From Acidobacteriota bacterium (lineage in GTDB: Bacteria > Acidobacteriota > Polarisedimenticolia > J045), in the NCBI GenBank assembly GCA_003696075.1, contig RFHH01000137.1:1161-65160 (forward strand): a stretch of DNA of 64,000 bases, given 5' to 3'. Every line of letters begins with the position of its first letter. The stretch's first letter is position 1. Of this stretch, positions 58,853 through 64,000 are shown piece after piece. Below the pieces are notes generated by a model. The model saw only the letters and a list, made by a program, of their open reading frames with translations, ran no database searches and was not told the origin of the DNA. Made by a program: the position numbers and the translations under genes.

Positions 58853-60526
58853 ATGAGCCAGCACCGATCACGGAGCAAGCGCGAGTGGGAGGAGACCACC
58901 CTCGCCGAGGCGAGACGCCGTCTACCGGAACGTCCGGTTCGATTCACGACCGTTTCGGACATGGAGGTCCCGCTCCTCGCCACTCCGGAGGATCTCGGCG
59001 ACGACTGGAACTACCAGGAGCGCCTGGGCTATCCGGGCGAATACCCGTACACGCGGGGCATCCATGCGACGATGTACCGCGCGCGGCCCTGGACGATGCG
59101 CATGTTCGCCGGGTTCGGCACCGCCGAGGACACGAACCGGCGGTTCAAGTACCTCCTCGAACAGGGGCAGAACGGCCTGTCGACCGCGTTCGACATGCCG
59201 ACGCTGATGGGCAGAGACAGCGACGACCCTCTTTCGGAAGGGGAGGTCGGCCGCGAGGGGGTGGCCATCGACTCCCTCGCCGACATGGAGATCCTCTTCG
59301 ACGGGATCCCGCTCGACCAGGTCTCCACGTCGATGACGATCAACTGCTCCGCCCCGGTGCTTCTCGCGATGTACCTCGCGGTCGCCGAGAAGCAGAACGT
59401 CCCCTTCGAGAAGTTGAGAGGTACGGTCCAGAACGACATTCTCAAGGAGTACATCGCCCAGAAGGAGTGGATCTACCCGCCCAAGCCGTCCCTGAGACTG
59501 ATCGTCGACCTCATCGAGTTCTGCACCCGTCACGTCCCCAAGTGGAACACCATTTCGATCAGCGGCTACCACATCCGCGAAGCAGGTTCGACGGCGGTCC
59601 AGGAGCTCGCGTTCACTCTCGCCGACGGATTCGGTTACGTCGAGGCCTGCCTCGAGCGCGGCCTCGCGGTCGACGAGTTCGCGCCCCGCCTCAGCTTCTT
59701 CTGGAACTCCCACAACGACTTCTTCGAAGAGGTGGCCAAGTTCCGCGCGGCGCGTCGCATCTGGGCCCGCCGGATGAAGGAGCGGTACGGGGCCCGCGAT
59801 CCGCGCTCCCTGATGCTCCGGTTCCACACCCAGACCGCGGGCTGCTCGCTCCAGGCCCAGCAGCCGCTGGTCAACATCGTGCGGGTGACCATCCAGGCGC
59901 TGGCGGCCGTGATGGGCGGAACCCAGTCGCTGCACACCGACTCCTACGACGAGACTCTCTGCCTTCCCACCGAGAGGGCGGTTCGGATCGCGCTCCGCAC
60001 TCAGCAGGTCATCGCGGAGGAGTCCGGCGTCGCCAACGTGGTCGATCCGCTCGGGGGTTCCTACCTGGTGGAGCACCTCACCGACCGAATGGAACGGGAG
60101 GCCCTCGAGTACCTCCGCCGGATCGAGGAGATGGGCGGCATCGTGGCAGCGATCGAGCGCGGGTTCCCCCAGAAAGAGATCGCGGATGCCGCCTTCCGGT
60201 ATCAACAGCAGGTCGACCGCGGCGAGAAGACCATCGTCGGGGTCAACAAGTACGTCATCCCCCCCGAAGAGGACCAGAAGATCGAACTCCTGCGCATCCC
60301 GCCCGAGGTGGAAGAACGGCAGAAGGCCCGTCTGGCGGAGGTGAAACGGCGGCGGGACTCCCAGGCGGTCCGCGAGGCGCTGGATCGGCTCGAGCGCGCC
60401 TGCCGCGAGGACGAGAACACGTTCCCCCACATCCTCGAGGCGGTCCGGCGGTACGCCACCGTCGGTGAGATCTGCGACACGATGAAGAAGGTCTTCGGCG
60501 TCTACGAGGAAGCCACCGTCCTATGA
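58853..60526 (+). CDS. Acyl-CoA mutase large (catalytic TIM-barrel) subunit, methylmalonyl-CoA mutase family
   Basis: [61 protein letters not shown] and [20 protein letters not shown]. It lacks a fused B12 domain. AAAGGACAGGAG RBS. Confidence 0.88.
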   Translation: MSQHRSRSKREWEETTLAEARRRLPERPVRFTTVSDMEVPLLATPEDLGDDWNYQERLGYPGEYPYTRGIHATMYRARPWTMRMFAGFGTAEDTNRRFKYLLEQGQNGLSTAFDMPTLMGRDSDDPLSEGEVGREGVAIDSLADMEILFDGIPLDQVSTSMTINCSAPVLLAMYLAVAEKQNVPFEKLRGTVQNDILKEYIAQKEWIYPPKPSLRLIVDLIEFCTRHVPKWNTISISGYHIREAGSTAVQELAFTLADGFGYVEACLERGLAVDEFAPRLSFFWNSHNDFFEEVAKFRAARRIWARRMKERYGARDPRSLMLRFHTQTAGCSLQAQQPLVNIVRVTIQALAAVMGGTQSLHTDSYDETLCLPTERAVRIALRTQQVIAEESGVANVVDPLGGSYLVEHLTDRMEREALEYLRRIEEMGGIVAAIERGFPQKEIADAAFRYQQQVDRGEKTIVGVNKYVIPPEEDQKIELLRIPPEVEERQKARLAEVKRRRDSQAVREALDRLERACREDENTFPHILEAVRRYATVGEICDTMKKVFGVYEEATVL

Positions 60527-60551
60527 CAGCGCCCGCAGGGAGGTGACCGGC

Positions 60552-60965
60552 ATGGCCGACGAGAAGAAGAGACTCCGGCTGCTGATCGGAAAGGTGGGCC
60601 TCGACGGCCACGACCGTGGCGCGAAAATCATCGCCCGCGCGCTGCGGGACGCCGGCCACGAGGTCATCTACACCGGCCTCCACAAGACGCCGGAACAGAT
60701 CGTCGAGACCGCGATCCAGGAGGATGTCGACGGAATCGGGCTCTCCATCCTCTCCGGAGCCCACATGACGCTCTTCCCGAAGGTGCGCCGGCTGCTCGAC
60801 GAGAAGGGCGCGGGCGACATCGTGCTCTTCGGAGGCGGCATCATTCCGGAGGAGGACGTGGCCGAGCTCAAGAAGCTCGGCATCGCGGAGCTGTTCCTGC
60901 CGGGCACGTCGACCGCCGAGATGATCGCGTGGGTCGAAGCGAACGTGAAGCCCCGCGTTTCATGA
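60552..60965 (+). CDS. Acyl-CoA mutase cobalamin-binding small subunit
   Basis: B12-binding DxHxxG motif within [16 protein letters not shown] and a Rossmann-like [12 protein letters not shown]. About 137 aa. Confidence 0.88.
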   Translation: MADEKKRLRLLIGKVGLDGHDRGAKIIARALRDAGHEVIYTGLHKTPEQIVETAIQEDVDGIGLSILSGAHMTLFPKVRRLLDEKGAGDIVLFGGGIIPEEDVAELKKLGIAELFLPGTSTAEMIAWVEANVKPRVS

Positions 60966-61663
60966 ACCGGACGCGGCTGGAGCGCTTCGGTCGGATCGCC
61001 GTGCTCCGCATGGACTGGGGGCACCGGGTCAACGTGCTCAGCACCGTCCGCCTGCGCGAACTCGAGCGGCTGCTCGGCGGATTGGCCGGGGACGTCGGAG
61101 GGCTGATCCTCACGGGCAACGGCCGCGGCTCGTTCGCGGCGGGTGCGGACCTGGCGGAGATCGCGGCGCTCGATCCGATCGGGGCGCAGGAGCTGTCCCG
61201 CGAAGGGCAGCGCCTCGCCGCCCGGCTGGCGGAGGGTCCGCAAGTGACGGCGGCCGTCGTCGACGGGCACGCCCTCGGCGGCGGATTCGACCTCGCCATG
61301 AGCTGCGATGTCGTCGTGGCGACCGAGCGCAGCCGGTTCGGCCATCCGGGCCTGTCGCGCGGACTGTTCACCGGGTGGGGCGGAACGGCACGGATCCCGC
61401 GGCGCGGGCGCCGGCCGGCGGGGCGACGCCTGCTGCTGGCGGGCGGTGAGATCTCGGCGCGGGAGGCTCGGGATGCCGGGCTCCTCGCCGACGTGACCGC
61501 CACGGCCTCGGCGGCGATGGGCCGGGCGCGCCGGCTGGTGAGCATCCTCTGCAGCTGGCCGGCCGCGGCACGGGACGCCTGGCGCGCCGCGCGGCGCGGG
61601 AGCGCCGCCGCGTTGCAGCGCGCCCTGCTCGACCTGGCGCGGATCGAGGCCGGCGCGCGTTGA
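60962..61663 (+). CDS. Enoyl-CoA hydratase/isomerase family protein
   Basis: [10 protein letters not shown] and [20 protein letters not shown] crotonase motifs. The ATG overlaps the mutase small-subunit stop. Confidence 0.75.
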   Translation: MNRTRLERFGRIAVLRMDWGHRVNVLSTVRLRELERLLGGLAGDVGGLILTGNGRGSFAAGADLAEIAALDPIGAQELSREGQRLAARLAEGPQVTAAVVDGHALGGGFDLAMSCDVVVATERSRFGHPGLSRGLFTGWGGTARIPRRGRRPAGRRLLLAGGEISAREARDAGLLADVTATASAAMGRARRLVSILCSWPAAARDAWRAARRGSAAALQRALLDLARIEAGAR

Positions 61664-61795
61664 CACCCGGAAAAGGCGGTGTTACGGTCCAACCCTTTCC
61701 GCGCCCCGTCCCCGCCGACTTTTCGCGCCGTCCGGCGGCGGGCCGGCGAACGCGCCGGACCCGCGTCTCCGGCGAGCGCTCGAGTTGGAACGCCT

Positions 61796-62479
61796 ATGCC
61801 CGCGAGCCGGCCGCCGATCCTCGTCGCCGACAAGAACCCCGACGTGAGACGCCACCTGTGCGAGGCCGCGAGGTCTTGCGGGCTCGAACCGTGCGAAGCG
61901 GCCCACCTCGACGAGGCCGTCCGCGTGGCGGCGGAGCGAAAGGTTCGCTTCGCGTTCGTGGACGTGTTGCTGCCGGGAGGCGGCGGCTATCGGACCGCGG
62001 AAGCGCTCGCGAACCTCGATCCGCCCCCGGGCGTGGCGCTGATGGCCGGCGCCTTCGAGCCCGTGGACGAAGACCGGGCGCGACGCGCGGGCGCCTCCGA
62101 CGTCCTGCTCAAGCCGCTCGGTGACGCCGAGATCGTCGCCGTTCTCGAGCGGCGACTGGGGGCCGACGCCGGCGCGCCGCTCGACGTCCCCGAACCGGAA
62201 CCGGGACCCCCCGGCGACGACGGCCCGCTCGAGCTGGGCGTGACCGACGTGCCGCAGGAGCGCGTGCCGCTGCCGGGAGACCCGGACTTCTCGCTTCCCG
62301 TCGGGGTCGCCGAGGCAGGCTTCGAGGAGGCGGTCCGGAAAGCGGTCCGGAGCGAGCTGGACCGGAGGCTGCCGTCGCTCGTCCGGCGGATCGTGAGGGA
62401 GGAGCTCGATCGCCGCGCGGGCGGCGGCTCGCCGGGCGCGCGCGACCGGACCATCGGAGAGGGCCCGCCATGTCCCTAG
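61796..62479 (+). CDS. Response-regulator receiver-domain protein (possibly degenerate) with Pro/Glu-rich C-terminal extension
   Basis: ILVADKNPDVRRHL...FAFVDVLLPGGGGY...SDVLLKPL resembles a CheY-like fold, but the phospho-acceptor Asp context is atypical. Overlaps the valS start by 10 nt. Confidence 0.5.
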   Translation: MPASRPPILVADKNPDVRRHLCEAARSCGLEPCEAAHLDEAVRVAAERKVRFAFVDVLLPGGGGYRTAEALANLDPPPGVALMAGAFEPVDEDRARRAGASDVLLKPLGDAEIVAVLERRLGADAGAPLDVPEPEPGPPGDDGPLELGVTDVPQERVPLPGDPDFSLPVGVAEAGFEEAVRKAVRSELDRRLPSLVRRIVREELDRRAGGGSPGARDRTIGEGPPCP

Positions 62480-64000
62480 CGAAGTCGTTCGACCCTTCCG
62501 CCTACGAGAGCCGGGTGGCCCAGCGCTGGGAAGAGGCCGGCGTGTTCCGCGCCGGGGGAAGCGATGCCGCGGCGCGGCCGCGCTTCTCTCTCGTCATCCC
62601 GCCCCCCAACGTCACCGGCTCGCTTCACATCGGCCACGCCTTCGACATGACGCTCCAGGACATCGTGGTGCGGTGGCACCGGATGCTCGGCGAGGACGCC
62701 CTGTGGGTTCCCGGCACCGACCACGCCGGGATCGCCACCCAGATGGTCGTCGAGCGCCATCTCCGGGCGCAGGGGACGACGCGGCACGAGCTCGGGCGCG
62801 AGAAGTTCGTCGCGGAGGTCTGGCGCTGGAAGGAGGAGTACCACGCGCGGATCGTACGGTCGCTCAAGCGGCTCGGATGCTCGTGCGACTGGACGCGCGA
62901 GCGGTTCACGCTCGATCCGGGACTCTCCCGCGCCGTCCGCGAGACCTTCGTGCGCCTGTACGAGGAGGGACTGATCTACCGCGGCCGGCGTCTCATCAAT
63001 TGGTGCCCCGACTGCCGGACCGCGCTGTCCGATCTCGAAGTCGACCGGGACGAGCCCGAGACCGGCGAGATGTGGTCCTTCGCCTACCCGGTGGAGGGAG
63101 GCGGCGAGATCGTCGTCGCCACCACGCGGCCGGAGACGATGCTCGGCGACACCGCGGTCGCGGTGCATCCCGACGATCCGCGCTACCGTGATCTCGTCGG
63201 GCGCCGGGTCGTCCACCCCTTTTTCCCCGAACGGCGCATTCCGATCATCGCCGACGCGATCCTGGCCGATCCCGAGACCGGGACCGGGGCGGTGAAGGTC
63301 ACCCCCGCCCACGATCCGAACGACTTCGCCTGCGGCGAGCGGCACGGACTCGAGCAGATCGCGATCCTCGACGAGGCGGGACGCGTCACGGAAGCGGGGG
63401 GCCCCTTCGCCGGTCTCGACCGCTTCGAGGCCCGCGAGCAGGTGAAGCGCCGCCTCGAGGAGCTGGGGCTGGCGCGGGGCGGGCGGCCGCACGAGTACGC
63501 GCCGGGGCGGTGCCAGCGCTGCCGCACGATCGTCGAGCCGATGATCTCGACCCAGTGGTTCCTCAAGATGGAGCCTCTGGCCCGCCCGGCGATCGAGGCC
63601 GTGCGAACGGGACGGATCCGATTCGTGCCTCGCAGCTGGGAAAAGACCTACTTCCACTGGCTGGAGAACATCCAGGACTGGTGCATCTCGAGACAGCTCT
63701 GGTGGGGTCACCGGATCCCGGCGTGGCACTGCACCGACTGCGGGCACACGACGGTCAGCCGGGAGGATCCGCGGGCGTGCGGCCGCTGCGGCGGGCCGAG
63801 GATCCGGCAGGACGAGGACGTCCTCGACACCTGGTTTTCCTCCCAGCTGTGGCCGTTCAGCGTCTTCGGCTGGCCGGAGGAGACGGACGATCTGCGCCGG
63901 TACTATCCCACCGACACGCTGGTGACCGGGTTCGACATCATCTTTTTCTGGGTCGCGCGCATGATCATGGCCGGCCTCAAGCTGACGGGCCAAGTGCCGT
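62470..64000 (+). CDS. valS: Valyl-tRNA synthetase (5' part; continues beyond window)
   Basis: PPPNVTGSLHIGHA (HIGH motif), WVPGTDHAGIATQ, and a zinc-binding CP1 region with CPDC and CxRC. Confidence 0.93.
   Translation, partial: MSLAKSFDPSAYESRVAQRWEEAGVFRAGGSDAAARPRFSLVIPPPNVTGSLHIGHAFDMTLQDIVVRWHRMLGEDALWVPGTDHAGIATQMVVERHLRAQGTTRHELGREKFVAEVWRWKEEYHARIVRSLKRLGCSCDWTRERFTLDPGLSRAVRETFVRLYEEGLIYRGRRLINWCPDCRTALSDLEVDRDEPETGEMWSFAYPVEGGGEIVVATTRPETMLGDTAVAVHPDDPRYRDLVGRRVVHPFFPERRIPIIADAILADPETGTGAVKVTPAHDPNDFACGERHGLEQIAILDEAGRVTEAGGPFAGLDRFEAREQVKRRLEELGLARGGRPHEYAPGRCQRCRTIVEPMISTQWFLKMEPLARPAIEAVRTGRIRFVPRSWEKTYFHWLENIQDWCISRQLWWGHRIPAWHCTDCGHTTVSREDPRACGRCGGPRIRQDEDVLDTWFSSQLWPFSVFGWPEETDDLRRYYPTDTLVTGFDIIFFWVARMIMAGLKLTGQVP

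Overview
High-GC (~70%) bacterial chromosomal window, almost entirely coding, mostly on the + strand with many 4-nt start/stop overlaps. Gene content and order suggest a Myxococcota- or Acidobacteriota-like lineage, but this is a guess. I found no CRISPR array, no IS or transposase, no rRNA and no phage genes. Recognisable blocks, in order: ldcA-truA; uppS-cdsA-dxr-rseP; a comEA-like gene plus two hypotheticals; glycine cleavage gcvT-gcvH-gcvP; maf (-); a dead-phosphoesterase/tetrahaem cytochrome c fusion; a stand-alone sigma-70 region-4 protein (-) with a consensus promoter and intrinsic terminator; mutL; a lytic transglycosylase; yceD-rpmF-plsX-fabD-fabG-acpP-fabF (no fabH); an archaeal-type (type II) GAPDH-like gene (-) beside an AT-rich promoter island; the regulatory PTS operon hprK-rapZ-EIIA(Man)-ptsH-ptsI; a MerR-HTH/coiled-coil protein; tRNA-Pro(GGG); a sulfotransferase (-); an OmpA-like lipoprotein; surE-pcm; a DedA/YqaA-like gene; tRNA-Pro(CGG); arginase-acyP-apt; a tRNA that I read as Arg(CCT); a YfgM-like TPR protein; a secreted hypothetical (-); ssb (-); murJ-dtd-xerD; accA; mazG (-); a DUF1844/TPR-membrane/DUF4388 trio; dnaK, hsp20, an rpoH-like sigma factor and a Zn-ribbon DnaC/DnaI-like ATPase; an enoyl-CoA hydratase; a giant LptC/LptA-like protein with lptB-rpoN-hpf; a split acyl-CoA mutase with two more crotonase-family genes and a receiver-domain protein; and the 5' part of valS. 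The very long minus-strand ORFs in the track are antisense artefacts of high GC.
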